From assembly GCA_964016885.1 (NCBI GenBank), contig OZ024740.1:420360001-420424000 (forward strand): a stretch of DNA of 64,000 nt, in the 5' to 3' direction. The notes under the pieces were generated by a model. The model ran no database searches. It worked only from the letters and a program-made list of their open reading frames with translations, and was not told where the DNA came from. This DNA is from Eledone cirrhosa (Eukaryota). The translations under genes and the position numbers were made by a program. Shown here in pieces: positions 26,975 to 41,462 of the stretch (position 1 is the first letter of the stretch; each line of letters begins with the position of its first letter).

Positions 26975-29398
26975 TTAATTAGGTTTATAATATTTAAATG
27001 TTTTTTTTAATTTATGATTACACGATATAATTAATTCCTGTCGTTTATTTAATAGGATATCCTTAGATTTCATTATTTCAAATAGTTCTTGGGAACATAA
27101 TCTACATTCATTTCTATTATTTTGATAAGGGGTGGCTCTTTTGAGCACACTCCAGGTCAAATCATATTCTATATTCTTATTTTTATAACTATTGATTTTT
27201 TCTGCTAGAGATGTTGTATTAGCCAGTGCGGCATTTTTAAAACTATGCTTATGGGTATTAAACCTTGTCTTAAAATTGTTAGAGGTAGCTCCTATATATG
27301 AGCAAATAGAATCTTTAGTTTTAACATTACATTTATAGACTATGTTGTTAACAAGACAATTCCCTTTTAATGGGCAGTTTGCTTTGTTTCTACAGTTACA
27401 ACCTTTCGTTAATTCCGTATTTGAGGAGATATTATGGTTAATTTGATGTACTGGTGGTATACTTATGGTTTTCTTACATTTATATGCATTATAGGCACTT
27501 ATATTTTGTTTTATGTTATTTGTTGTAGAGTATGAGAATTTAACTGTAGACCTATTTAAGATTTGATGGTATTTGTGGTTTGGCGGGAAGTTTTTCTCTA
27601 GGATATAAAAAAATTTTTTAGCAATATTATCCTTAATTTGTAAATTAAATGGAGCATTATACCAAGTAACCCGTCTATTACGGTTTCTATGTTGTTTATT
27701 ATTTTTATTATTTTTATAGGTTGTATCGTGATTTTTACTAGGAGGATTAATGTTAATGAACTCACCACAACCATTTTTAGTTATATTTGTAGATTTAGGT
27801 GTTTTATCCTTTTTATTAGGAGTTTTATTAATATGATAAGTAGTTTTTTGAGAGTTACTATACTTTATATTAGAAGATTTGGTATTTTGGGGTATAGTGT
27901 GGGTGGCATTTAGGTGTGTACTTTTCATTTGGTGTTTGTTGGTAATATTAGGTTGTATGCTTTCAGTATTTTTAGTAGAAGGTATATATTCTAATCTATT
28001 TTTGTGGCCACTTCTATCTAGAGCTTCGTTATAGAAGGTCGCATTTTTATCAAAAACATCTTGGTTAGAAGAAAGGTTAGAAATTCTAAGTGATATATTA
28101 TATGCAAGGTTTTTAAGGATAGATTTAGGGTGATTAGATTGTGAGTGTATGTAATGTAAGTTTTGGTTTGGTTTATGGTAAGGTTGGTAGATACCCGTAG
28201 CTAAATCTAAAGTTATATCTAGGAAATTTACTACTTTACTTGTTTTTTCAAAAGTAATATTAAGATTATAATAGTCTTTAAGGAAAGTTCTAATATGTTT
28301 TTTGTTTTTTTCAATTTCTGAAAGGCTAAGGTTGTTAGAAAGAAGAAGACAGTCATCACGATATAAACCACCTTTGAGGTGGGGAAAGGAGGCATTTATG
28401 TTGAAAAGGAGAAAGAGGCCCACAAGATCAGTAATTTGGGCGGAATCACTTGAACCCATAGTAATATCAAAAAGATTACTATATGTGTTTCTGGTCCAGT
28501 ATTCATTCTGAAATTCAATAAGTGTTAGTCTAGCATGTGTAATAATATTAATGTCATCCAAAGTTAAGTTAGATCTATTTTTAGCAAATATCAATGCTTT
28601 GTTCAGGAGTATAGGTGATATAGAAGAATAGTAATTATCTATATCAAATTGTAGAAATGAAGCAGAAGATTTACATCTAATATTTTTAAACCAGTTAATT
28701 ACCTGGGAGGTGTTTTCCCAGAGTGGTAAAATAACGTATTTTCTTATTTGTGGGATGACTCTATCCAAAATTTTTTTGCTAATTATTCCAATATCTGATT
28801 TGGAGGGACATATAAGTCTAATAGAAGGATTTGAGTTAAAATTTGATTTATGATCCTTCAGGTTGAAGTGTGGTCTTTTCAATGCCAAAGGTTCAGTTCT
28901 ATCTTCAATGTTTAGTTTTTTTACTATGTTGTGTGTTTTGTTGTTGATGTTGGTGAGTGACCCATTATTAGATTTTTTATAATTTTTTCTGAGTTCTTTA
29001 TATATGAATTCATTATAATGTTCAATATCCATATGATACAAGTTACCAGTTTTGTCCGAGTGGACATGGAATTTTTTAGACTTTTTTAGGTCCAATAGGG
29101 TAGAATCAAGGTCCTTTTGAAAGACGGATTTATACTTTTTAAATTTGAGGTGTTTAATTAAATTAAAAAGGTCTTTCTCGAAGTCTTCAAGTAAAAAGTT
29201 GTGTGGTGGATTCTTGTAAGTATTGAAATCATACATATATTTCCGATCTGCTTGTTTAGATTTTCTATCGAAGTGGTAGGCTCTCCATCTAACCCTTCTG
29301 ATAAAATTATTAGTTTTCTGAATCATAAGGAGTAAGAAGTCATCCTTAGAAGGTATTGGTATGTTTTTTAAAGAGGTTCCTAAATATTGTTTTTCCAT
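26975..29398 (-). CDS. PLE RT + GIY-YIG, copy 2
   Basis: Protein identical to copy 1. Confidence 0.95.
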   Translation of the reverse strand: MEKQYLGTSLKNIPIPSKDDFLLLMIQKTNNFIRRVRWRAYHFDRKSKQADRKYMYDFNTYKNPPHNFLLEDFEKDLFNLIKHLKFKKYKSVFQKDLDSTLLDLKKSKKFHVHSDKTGNLYHMDIEHYNEFIYKELRKNYKKSNNGSLTNINNKTHNIVKKLNIEDRTEPLALKRPHFNLKDHKSNFNSNPSIRLICPSKSDIGIISKKILDRVIPQIRKYVILPLWENTSQVINWFKNIRCKSSASFLQFDIDNYYSSISPILLNKALIFAKNRSNLTLDDINIITHARLTLIEFQNEYWTRNTYSNLFDITMGSSDSAQITDLVGLFLLFNINASFPHLKGGLYRDDCLLLSNNLSLSEIEKNKKHIRTFLKDYYNLNITFEKTSKVVNFLDITLDLATGIYQPYHKPNQNLHYIHSQSNHPKSILKNLAYNISLRISNLSSNQDVFDKNATFYNEALDRSGHKNRLEYIPSTKNTESIQPNITNKHQMKSTHLNATHTIPQNTKSSNIKYSNSQKTTYHINKTPNKKDKTPKSTNITKNGCGEFININPPSKNHDTTYKNNKNNKQHRNRNRRVTWYNAPFNLQIKDNIAKKFFYILEKNFPPNHKYHQILNRSTVKFSYSTTNNIKQNISAYNAYKCKKTISIPPVHQINHNISSNTELTKGCNCRNKANCPLKGNCLVNNIVYKCNVKTKDSICSYIGATSNNFKTRFNTHKHSFKNAALANTTSLAEKINSYKNKNIEYDLTWSVLKRATPYQNNRNECRLCSQELFEIMKSKDILLNKRQELIISCNHKLKKTFKYYKPN

Positions 29399-29739
29399 TG
29401 TGATATGGATGATGGACAATTGAAAGAGCTCAACTAAATGTATATGGGTTTATAAAATCATACATATATATGTATATACATAAATATAAAATTAATACAC
29501 ACATACAGTACAAAAATACGAATATTTCCGTGAAAATAGGAGCAAAATTATGTAGATAAATCTACCAAGAGTTTACGGTAGTGTCCAATCCGTATGAAGA
29601 ACTCAATGTATTCCGGATATCATGGAAAGAAGAAATGTAATGAAAAATCACTTTCGGTGAAAGATAAACGGTATACAGAGTCAAGATAAAATATTAAACA
29701 AATAATGAATAAACAATTCCTTATATTAAACAAAAAAAG

Positions 29740-29893
29740 TTCATTATTTAACGATCGTTTCTAGGATATATATGTGTTAGAGTTGGCATGCATATTCAAC
29801 AGATCTATGTACAAAATTATACAAAATTATACAAACTATCAAGATTAAATATACATACCAACACATATATACGCCGTCTTCAGAAATAATGAA
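29740..29893 (-). ncRNA. Hammerhead with 115-nt stem II (family A, unit 3)
   Basis: Identical to 15916-16069. Confidence 0.8.
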
Positions 29894-30533
29894 ATATATT
29901 TATTGATAATAACAACAATTCAAACTTTCAGGTCCGTTTGGGAACAAAATTGACCAATGAAAATACAAAAGGTTTAATGCCGTTCGGTGTGTGTATATAC
30001 ATGTAATAACCCTTACACATATTTTACAAAAATGTATGCACAACCTGTATACTCATACAAAAAGGATGGATGCAAATACAAAATTTCAAGGTTAATGTCT
30101 CTGTAAGTTTATAATGCACAGATAAGATGCGTATAGATACATAAATATGAAATAAGTGTATACACATATTTTCATACTAACACATATCCGTACAATCACA
30201 CATACACGCGCGTATATGCATAAACATACACATAAACTACAAACATACAAACACACACACACCACCACTCACATATATATATATGTGGATATAAAATCCT
30301 AAGCACATGGATATTAATTCACTCACATAAACACTGGCACACACATTTAGATAAAGATACAGAAATTAGGTGGGAGGGGGGGAGAGGTCAGTATTCAACG
30401 GTTTGGGCTGCCTGCTTAATATAGATGTATCTATAAACTAAGAAAATAAAAAATAATAATAAATAATAAATAAACATTAAAAAGGAAAGAAAAGAAAAAG
30501 AAAAAAGAAAAAAGAAAAAAGAAATATATCAAG

Positions 30534-30572
<39 letters not shown>

Positions 30573-30786
30573 ATATATATATATCTATATATATATATAC
30601 ATACATATATATATATATATACACATACATACACACACACACACACATATACATATACACATACACACATACAAACACATACATACATATGCACACATCC
30701 ACACTTAGAACATAACATACACACACATATATAAACATATACATATACACACATAGATACAAATACACACATACATATAAATACAC

Positions 30787-30859
<73 letters not shown>

Positions 30860-31152
30860 CACTCATACATAGGCATATAATCACACATACTATATAGACA
30901 CACATATATATACACACATACATACACATATACCTACACTTACATACATATATACATACAGATATACACATACATACCTATATATACACACAAATACATA
31001 CAGACATATATACATACATACAGACAAATACTTACGCATCTATATATCGGTATATACATACAAACACCACTACACTCTCACACAACTCAGACATACAAAG
31101 AAAAAGGTATATACCCATACACATATACATATACAAATAGAGAAACATATAC

Positions 31153-31214
<62 letters not shown>

Positions 31215-31453
31215 ATACATATACATATACACATACACACATACACATACAAACACATACATACATGTACACACACATAGATATATATACACACACATAC
31301 ACACATACACATACATATATAGTCATACACACACATACACCTACACGAACATACACATACACATATACAAAGATATATATACACACACACACACACATAC
31401 ACACACACACATATATAAAAAAAAAAAAAAAAAATAAATAAATAAATAAATAA

Positions 31454-31510
<57 letters not shown>

Positions 31511-32121
31511 CATACACATACATACACACATACATAGACATATATGTACATACATACATATACATAGATACATACACATACATACATACATATATATATA
31601 CACACACATAGACATATATATACATACACACACAACATACATACACACATATATACTCATACATAGAATTAGATATATAAACATACATACATACGCACTT
31701 ACATATACTCATATATACCAATACAAACGCATCCATATATGCGTATATACATAGAAACACCACTACACCCTCACCCAATTCAGATATACAAAGAAAAAGG
31801 CATATACATATACATATATACACGCATCAATAGAGATATATATACACATATATATATATATATATATATGTGTGTACACACATACACTTATATGCATATA
31901 CCCACACACACATACAACCATAAATACACATACAAACACCCACATATATAAATATATACACATATATATATATATACACACACATAGAAAACAGACATGC
32001 ACACATATATATTTTTTTACACATATATATACACATATATATACATATACACACCCTCATATATACACATACACATAAGTTATATTATAATAATAAATAA
32101 TATATATATATATACACATAC

Positions 32122-32170
<49 letters not shown>

Positions 32171-32467
32171 CACACACACACATATGAATATAGACATATA
32201 AACACACATAGATATATATACATACATATATACAGATACATATACACACACACACATATACACATTCACATATACATGTGTGTGCATACACACATATATA
32301 TACATACACACATATACACATAAACACACATATGTGTATACATGCACACACACACATATATCCACATAGATACGAAGATATACGTATAAATAGAGAGACA
32401 TACATATATATACACGCACACACATATACATACATACATACACACACATATATATATATACATATAC

Positions 32468-32535
<68 letters not shown>

Positions 32536-33882
32536 AGACATAGACATACACATACATATACACACATGCATATATACACACATATACACATACATACACA
32601 CACATATATATATACACACAATCATACATTCTTATTTGCATGCGCATATATGTATTTTTATATTCAGATATAAATACCCAAATATATATACACCTACCTA
32701 CATATATATTCATACAAACACGCTTACAAACACAGATGATAATAGTATGGGGGAAAGGGGGGGGGGTTGGAGAAGGGGATTATAGTAAATATATGTTTCA
32801 AGAAACATAGAATATTATCCGTATCTAGATCCAATGTATGTTTATACATAGTATCAGTGTTAGGAAATACAATAAACAAGGAATAAGGCGAAATTTATGC
32901 AATTCAAAATAAATAAGTATACCATTAATTATATGTTAACTAAACTAAAGATAGTTAACATATTGATTTCTAAGGTGTAAATTAGTTAGGTTTATAATAT
33001 TTGAAGCAGAATTTTGAAGTTAAATAGTAGTAGAGTATTAATTATAGTATAACTAAATTAAAGTTAATAACTTTATGGTATCAATATTAGGAAATGAATT
33101 TAGTAATAGGGAAAAAACAAATAAAGTATTACATCGGTAGTAGAATATAAAATATAGGTTAATTAAATTAAAAATTATATATTTATTTCTATAGTATATG
33201 TTAATTAGGTATATAATAAATAAAACAGATATTGTATTTTATCAATAGCAGAATATAATTATATGCAAATAGAAATCAAAATTAATACATATATATATAC
33301 ATATACATACACATATATATATACACATATATATACACATATATATATACATATATACACATATACATACGCACATACATACACATACACATATACATAT
33401 ACATATTTTTTCAAAAATTGCAAAGAATATATTAACTAGGTATAAATCCAAAACACATCCCATTCTATGATTAGATGACATTCTGCAATTCGTCTGTATA
33501 AGGATATTAATTTTAAGCCAATTAAATTAAATTTTTAGGTTGATTAAAATTAAAACCAAATTATAAATATATTTCTAAAATGTATATTAATTAGGTCTAT
33601 ATTACTAAAAATTATTTCTCTGTCATTGGATACACTATATTTTGTTATATTTTATCTGTAAAAGAATTATAATAAAAAAAAAAAAAATTATAATAAAAGG
33701 TTTAAATAAATTAAAATTAATCTATAAATTAAAATACTAAGTATATATTAGTAATATTTAAAGGTTTTTCACAATTTATGATTACATAATATTTTATATT
33801 CTCATCTGTAATAGAATTTTAATTAAATTAAATTTATAGGTTAACTAACATTTAAATTAAATTAATTTCTAAAATAATGTTA

Positions 33883-36306
33883 TTAATTAGGTTTATAATA
33901 TTTAAATGTTTTTTTTAATTTATGATTACACGATATAATTAATTCCTGTCGTTTATTTAATAGGATATCCTTAGATTTCATTATTTCAAATAGTTCTTGG
34001 GAACATAATCTACATTCATTTCTATTATTTTGATAAGGGGTGGCTCTTTTGAGCACACTCCAGGTCAAATCATATTCTATATTCTTATTTTTATAACTAT
34101 TGATTTTTTCTGCTAGAGATGTTGTATTAGCCAGTGCGGCATTTTTAAAACTATGCTTATGGGTATTAAACCTTGTCTTAAAATTGTTAGAGGTAGCTCC
34201 TATATATGAGCAAATAGAATCTTTAGTTTTAACATTACATTTATAGACTATGTTGTTAACAAGACAATTCCCTTTTAATGGGCAGTTTGCTTTGTTTCTA
34301 CAGTTACAACCTTTCGTTAATTCCGTATTTGAGGAGATATTATGGTTAATTTGATGTACTGGTGGTATACTTATGGTTTTCTTACATTTATATGCATTAT
34401 AGGCACTTATATTTTGTTTTATGTTATTTGTTGTAGAGTATGAGAATTTAACTGTAGACCTATTTAAGATTTGATGGTATTTGTGGTTTGGCGGGAAGTT
34501 TTTCTCTAGGATATAAAAAAATTTTTTAGCAATATTATCCTTAATTTGTAAATTAAATGGAGCATTATACCAAGTAACCCGTCTATTACGGTTTCTATGT
34601 TGTTTATTATTTTTATTATTTTTATAGGTTGTATCGTGATTTTTACTAGGAGGATTAATGTTAATGAACTCACCACAACCATTTTTAGTTATATTTGTAG
34701 ATTTAGGTGTTTTATCCTTTTTATTAGGAGTTTTATTAATATGATAAGTAGTTTTTTGAGAGTTACTATACTTTATATTAGAAGATTTGGTATTTTGGGG
34801 TATAGTGTGGGTGGCATTTAGGTGTGTACTTTTCATTTGGTGTTTGTTGGTAATATTAGGTTGTATGCTTTCAGTATTTTTAGTAGAAGGTATATATTCT
34901 AATCTATTTTTGTGGCCACTTCTATCTAGAGCTTCGTTATAGAAGGTCGCATTTTTATCAAAAACATCTTGGTTAGAAGAAAGGTTAGAAATTCTAAGTG
35001 ATATATTATATGCAAGGTTTTTAAGGATAGATTTAGGGTGATTAGATTGTGAGTGTATGTAATGTAAGTTTTGGTTTGGTTTATGGTAAGGTTGGTAGAT
35101 ACCCGTAGCTAAATCTAAAGTTATATCTAGGAAATTTACTACTTTACTTGTTTTTTCAAAAGTAATATTAAGATTATAATAGTCTTTAAGGAAAGTTCTA
35201 ATATGTTTTTTGTTTTTTTCAATTTCTGAAAGGCTAAGGTTGTTAGAAAGAAGAAGACAGTCATCACGATATAAACCACCTTTGAGGTGGGGAAAGGAGG
35301 CATTTATGTTGAAAAGGAGAAAGAGGCCCACAAGATCAGTAATTTGGGCGGAATCACTTGAACCCATAGTAATATCAAAAAGATTACTATATGTGTTTCT
35401 GGTCCAGTATTCATTCTGAAATTCAATAAGTGTTAGTCTAGCATGTGTAATAATATTAATGTCATCCAAAGTTAAGTTAGATCTATTTTTAGCAAATATC
35501 AATGCTTTGTTCAGGAGTATAGGTGATATAGAAGAATAGTAATTATCTATATCAAATTGTAGAAATGAAGCAGAAGATTTACATCTAATATTTTTAAACC
35601 AGTTAATTACCTGGGAGGTGTTTTCCCAGAGTGGTAAAATAACGTATTTTCTTATTTGTGGGATGACTCTATCCAAAATTTTTTTGCTAATTATTCCAAT
35701 ATCTGATTTGGAGGGACATATAAGTCTAATAGAAGGATTTGAGTTAAAATTTGATTTATGATCCTTCAGGTTGAAGTGTGGTCTTTTCAATGCCAAAGGT
35801 TCAGTTCTATCTTCAATGTTTAGTTTTTTTACTATGTTGTGTGTTTTGTTGTTGATGTTGGTGAGTGACCCATTATTAGATTTTTTATAATTTTTTCTGA
35901 GTTCTTTATATATGAATTCATTATAATGTTCAATATCCATATGATACAAGTTACCAGTTTTGTCCGAGTGGACATGGATTTTTTTAGACTTTTTTAGGTC
36001 CAATAGGGTAGAATCAAGGTCCTTTTGAAAGACGGATTTATACTTTTTAAATTTGAGGTGTTTAATTAAATTAAAAAGGTCTTTCTCGAAGTCTTCAAGT
36101 AAAAAGTTGTGTGGTGGATTCTTGTAAGTATTGAAATCATACATATATTTCCGATCTGCTTGTTTAGATTTTCTATCGAAGTGGTAGGCTCTCCATCTAA
36201 CCCTTCTGATAAAATTATTAGTTTTCTGAATCATAAGGAGTAAGAAGTCATCCTTAGAAGGTATTGGTATGTTTTTTAAAGAGGTTCCTAAATATTGTTT
36301 TTCCAT
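33883..36306 (-). CDS. PLE RT + GIY-YIG, copy 3
   Basis: One visible difference (KKIHV vs KKFHV). Confidence 0.95.
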   Translation of the reverse strand: MEKQYLGTSLKNIPIPSKDDFLLLMIQKTNNFIRRVRWRAYHFDRKSKQADRKYMYDFNTYKNPPHNFLLEDFEKDLFNLIKHLKFKKYKSVFQKDLDSTLLDLKKSKKIHVHSDKTGNLYHMDIEHYNEFIYKELRKNYKKSNNGSLTNINNKTHNIVKKLNIEDRTEPLALKRPHFNLKDHKSNFNSNPSIRLICPSKSDIGIISKKILDRVIPQIRKYVILPLWENTSQVINWFKNIRCKSSASFLQFDIDNYYSSISPILLNKALIFAKNRSNLTLDDINIITHARLTLIEFQNEYWTRNTYSNLFDITMGSSDSAQITDLVGLFLLFNINASFPHLKGGLYRDDCLLLSNNLSLSEIEKNKKHIRTFLKDYYNLNITFEKTSKVVNFLDITLDLATGIYQPYHKPNQNLHYIHSQSNHPKSILKNLAYNISLRISNLSSNQDVFDKNATFYNEALDRSGHKNRLEYIPSTKNTESIQPNITNKHQMKSTHLNATHTIPQNTKSSNIKYSNSQKTTYHINKTPNKKDKTPKSTNITKNGCGEFININPPSKNHDTTYKNNKNNKQHRNRNRRVTWYNAPFNLQIKDNIAKKFFYILEKNFPPNHKYHQILNRSTVKFSYSTTNNIKQNISAYNAYKCKKTISIPPVHQINHNISSNTELTKGCNCRNKANCPLKGNCLVNNIVYKCNVKTKDSICSYIGATSNNFKTRFNTHKHSFKNAALANTTSLAEKINSYKNKNIEYDLTWSVLKRATPYQNNRNECRLCSQELFEIMKSKDILLNKRQELIISCNHKLKKTFKYYKPN

Positions 36307-36647
36307 TGTGATATGGATGATGGACAATTGAAAGAGCTCAACTAAATGTATATGGGTTTATAAAATCATACATATATATGTATATACATAAATATAAAAT
36401 TAATACACACATACAGTACAAAAATACGAATATTTCCGTGAAAATAGGAGCAAAATTATGTAGATAAATCTACCAAGAGTTTACGGTAGTGTCCAATCCG
36501 TATGAAGAACTCAATGTATTCCGGATATCATGGAAAGAAGAAATGTAATGAAAAATCACTTTCGGTGAAAGATAAACGGTATACAGAGTCAAGATAAAAT
36601 ATTAAACAAATAATGAATAAACAATTCCTTATATTAAACAAAAAAAG

Positions 36648-36801
36648 TTCATTATTTAACGATCGTTTCTAGGATATATATGTGTTAGAGTTGGCATGCA
36701 TATTCAACAGATCTATGTACAAAATTATACAAAATTATACAAACTATCAAGATTAAATATACATACCAACACATATATACGCCGTCTTCAGAAATAATGA
36801 A
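36648..36801 (-). ncRNA. Hammerhead with 115-nt stem II (family A, unit 4)
   Basis: Identical to 15916-16069. Confidence 0.8.
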
Positions 36802-37448
36802 ATATATTTATTGATAATAACAACAATTCAAACTTTCAGGTCCGTTTGGGAACAAAATTGACCAATGAAAATACAAAAGGTTTAATGCCGTTCGGTGTGT
36901 GTATATACATGTAATAACCCTTACACATATTTTACAAAAATGTATGCACAACCTGTATACTCATACAAAAAGGATGGATGCAAATACAAAATTTCAAGGT
37001 TAATGTCTCTGTAAGTTTATAATGCACAGATAAGATGCGTATAGATACATAAATATGAAATAAGTGTATACACATATTTTCATACTAACACATATCCGTA
37101 CAATCACACATACACGCGCGTATATGCATAAACATACACATAAACTACAAACATACAAACACACACACACCACCACTCACATATATATATATGTGGATAT
37201 AAAATCCTAAGCACATGGATATTAATTCACTCACATAAACACTGGCACACACATTTAGATAAAGATACAGAAATTAGGTGGGAGGGGGGGGGAGAGGTCA
37301 GTATTCAACGGTTTGGGCTGCCTGCTTAATATAGATGTATCTATAAACTAAGAAAATAAAAAATAATAATAAATAATAAATAAACATTAAAAAGGAAAGA
37401 AAAGAAAAAGAAAAAAGAAAAGAAAAAAGAAAAAAGAAATATATCAAG

Positions 37449-37483
<35 letters not shown>

Positions 37484-37697
37484 ATATATATATATCTATA
37501 TATATATATACATACATATATATATATATATACACATACATACACACACACACACACATATACATATACACATACACACATACAAACACATACATACATA
37601 TGCACACATCCACACTTAGAACATAACATACACACACATATATAAACATATACATATACACACATAGATACAAATACACACATACATATAAATACAC

Positions 37698-37772
<75 letters not shown>

Positions 37773-38059
37773 CACTCATACATAGGCATATAATCACACA
37801 TACTATATAGACACACATATATATACACACATACATACACATATACCTACACTTACATACATATATACATACAGATATACACATACATACCTATATATAC
37901 ACACAAATACATACAGACATATATACATACATACAGACAAATACTTACGCATCTATATATCGGTATATACATACAAACACCACTACACTCTCACACAACT
38001 CAGACATACAAAGAAAAAGGTATATACCCATACACATATACATATACAAATAGAGAAAC

Positions 38060-38118
<59 letters not shown>

Positions 38119-38318
38119 CATACATATACATATACACATACACACATACACATACAAACACATACATACATGTACACACACATAGATATATATACACACA
38201 CATACACACATACACATACATATATAGTCATACACACACATACACCTACACGAACATACACATACACATATACAAAGATATATATACACACACACACACA
38301 CATACACACACACACATA

Positions 38319-38352
<34 letters not shown>

Positions 38353-38353
38353 A

Positions 38354-38412
<59 letters not shown>

Positions 38413-39371
38413 CATACACATACATACACACATACATAGACATATATGTACATACATACATATACATAGATACATACACATACATACATACATATATATA
38501 TACACACACATAGACATATATATACATACACACACAACATACATACACACATATATACTCATACATAGAATTAGATATATAAACATACATACATACGCAC
38601 TTACATATACTCATATATACCAATACAAACGCATCCATATATGCGTATATACATAGAAACACCACTACACCCTCACCCAATTCAGATATACAAAGAAAAA
38701 GGCATATACATATACATATATACACGCATCAATAGAGATATATATACACATATATATATATATATATATATGTGTGTACACACATACACTTATATGCATA
38801 TACCCACACACACATACAACCATAAATACACATACAAACACCCACATATATAAATATATACACATATATATATATATACACACACATAGAAAACAGACAT
38901 GCACACATATATATTTTTTTACACATATATATACACATATATATACATATACACACCCTCATATATACACATACACATAAGTTATATTATAATAATAAAT
39001 AATATATATATATATACACATACATATATATATATATATATACATATGTATATATATACATATATATATATATACACACACACACATATGAATATAGACA
39101 TATAAACACACATAGATATATATACATACATATATACAGATACATATACACACACACACATATACACATTCACATATACATGTGTGTGCATACACACATA
39201 TATATACATACACACATATACACATAAACACACATATGTGTATACATGCACACACACACATATATCCACATAGATACGAAGATATACGTATAAATAGAGA
39301 GACATACATATATATACACGCACACACATATACATACATACATACACACACATATATATATATACATATAC

Positions 39372-39439
<68 letters not shown>

Positions 39440-39824
39440 AGACATAGACATACACATACATATACACACATGCATATATACACACATATACACATACATA
39501 CACACACATATATATATACACACAATCATACATTCTTATTTGCATGCGCATATATGTATTTTTATATTCAGATATAAATACCCAAATATATATACACCTA
39601 CCTACATATATATTCATACAAACACGCTTACAAACACAGATGATAATAGTATGGGGGAAAGGGGGGGTTGGAGAAGGGGATTATAGTAAATATATGTTTC
39701 AAGAAACATAGAATATTATCCGTATCTAGATCCAATGTATGTTTATACATAGTATCAGTGTTAGGAAATACAATAAACAAGGAATAAGGCGAAATTTATG
39801 CAATTCAAAATAAATAAGTATACC

Positions 39825-39879
<55 letters not shown>

Positions 39880-39896
<17 letters not shown>

Positions 39897-41216
39897 CACA
39901 CACATATATACATACATACATACACATATATATACACACACATACATAGTTACATATACATATAATTATTGGGGGGGGGGATTAAATTTATTAGTGAGAA
40001 ATAATAAATATATAGAGATTTCAAGGAACATATAGTCATAACCTGAAGTTAAGGCATTATATATGTTTACTTAATGGTATCAGTTTTAGGAAAGGAAGCA
40101 TTTATGTTAAAAAGAAGAAAGAGGCCCACAAGATCAGTAATTTGGGCAGAATCACTTGAGCCCATAGTAATATCGAATAGATTACTATATGTGTTTCTGG
40201 TCCAGTATTCATTTTGAAATTCCAATAGTGTTAGTCTGGCATGTGTAATAATATTAATGTCATCCAAACTTAAGTTAGATCTATTTTTAGCAAATATCAA
40301 GGCTTTGTTCAGGAGTATAGGTGATATAGAAGAATAATAATTATCTATATCAAATTGTAGAAATGAAGCAGAGGATTTATTTCTAATATTATTAAACCAG
40401 TTAATTACCTGGGATGTGTTTTCCCAGAGTGGTAAATTAACATGTTTTCTTAGTTGTGGGATGACTCTATCTAAAATTTTTTTACTAATGATTCCAATAT
40501 CAGATTTGGAAGGGCATATAAGCCTTATAGAAGGATTAGAGTTAAAGTTAGATTTATGATCTTTCAGGTTGAAGTGTGGTCTTTTCAGTGCCAAAGGTTC
40601 AGTTCTATCTTCAATATTAAGTCTATTCACTATGCTGTGTGTTTTGTTGTTGATGTTGGTAAGTGACGCATTGTTTGTTTTTCTATAATTTTTCCTGAGT
40701 TCTTTATAAATGAACTCATTGTAATTTTCAATATCCATGTGATATAGATTTCCAGTTTTGTCCGAGTGGACATGGATTTTTTTAGATTTTTTTAGGTCCA
40801 ATAGGGTAGAATCAAGGTCCTTTTGAAAATTAGATTTATACCTCTTAAATTTGAGGTGTTTGATTAAATTAAAAAGGTCTTTCTCAAAGTTTTCAAGTAA
40901 GGAGTTGTGTGGTGGATTTTTATATGTAGTGAAATCATACAAGTATTTCCTATCAGTAGATTTTGTTTTTTTATCGAAGTGGTAGGCCCTCCATCTGACT
41001 CTTCTGATAAATTGGTTGGTTTTTTGTATCATAAGAAGTAAGAAATCATCCTTAGAAGGTAATGGTATATTCTTTAAAGAAGTTCCCAAGTATTGTTTTT
41101 CTGTTAATTTTCACCGAAAATAGTTTTTGAATGCATCTTCTCTTTTCATAATATCCGGATTACATTGAGTTCTTCATACGGATTGGACACTACCGTAAAT
41201 TTTTGGTAGATTTATC

Positions 41217-41218
<2 letters not shown>
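39880..41218 (-). mobile_element. Naiad-type PLE family B, 5' part: 3' UTR piece, internally deleted ORF and inverted terminal tail (41101-41218)
   Basis: 39950-40090 matches 47225-47350; ORF is a close relative of family A; 41101-41218 is the reverse complement of about 41931-42048. Confidence 0.88.
40067..41100 (-). pseudogene. N-terminal half of PLE RT, deleted just before the YRDD motif
   Basis: 340-aa ORF ends ...NASFPK and is fused to 3' UTR at a GGAAA microhomology. Confidence 0.9.
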
Positions 41219-41303
<85 letters not shown>

Positions 41304-41325
41304 CTATATATCTATATATATATAG

Positions 41326-41414
<89 letters not shown>

Positions 41415-41418
<4 letters not shown>

Positions 41419-41462
41419 TAAATCTACCAAAAATTTACGGTAGTGTCCAATCCGTATGAAGA
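41415..41462 (-). mobile_element. 48-nt PLE family A/B terminal stub
   Basis: tagataaatctaccaaaaatttacggtagtgtccaatccgtatgaaga directly after (TA)n. Confidence 0.75.

Larger units (their letters stand above)
15864..39827 (-). mobile_element. Head-to-tail tandem array of Naiad-type PLE family A: three complete units of about 6.91 kb plus one 5'-truncated unit acting as pseudo-LTR
   Basis: ORF stops spaced 6907 and 6908 bp; near-identical units; (TA)n at both ends. Confidence 0.96.
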
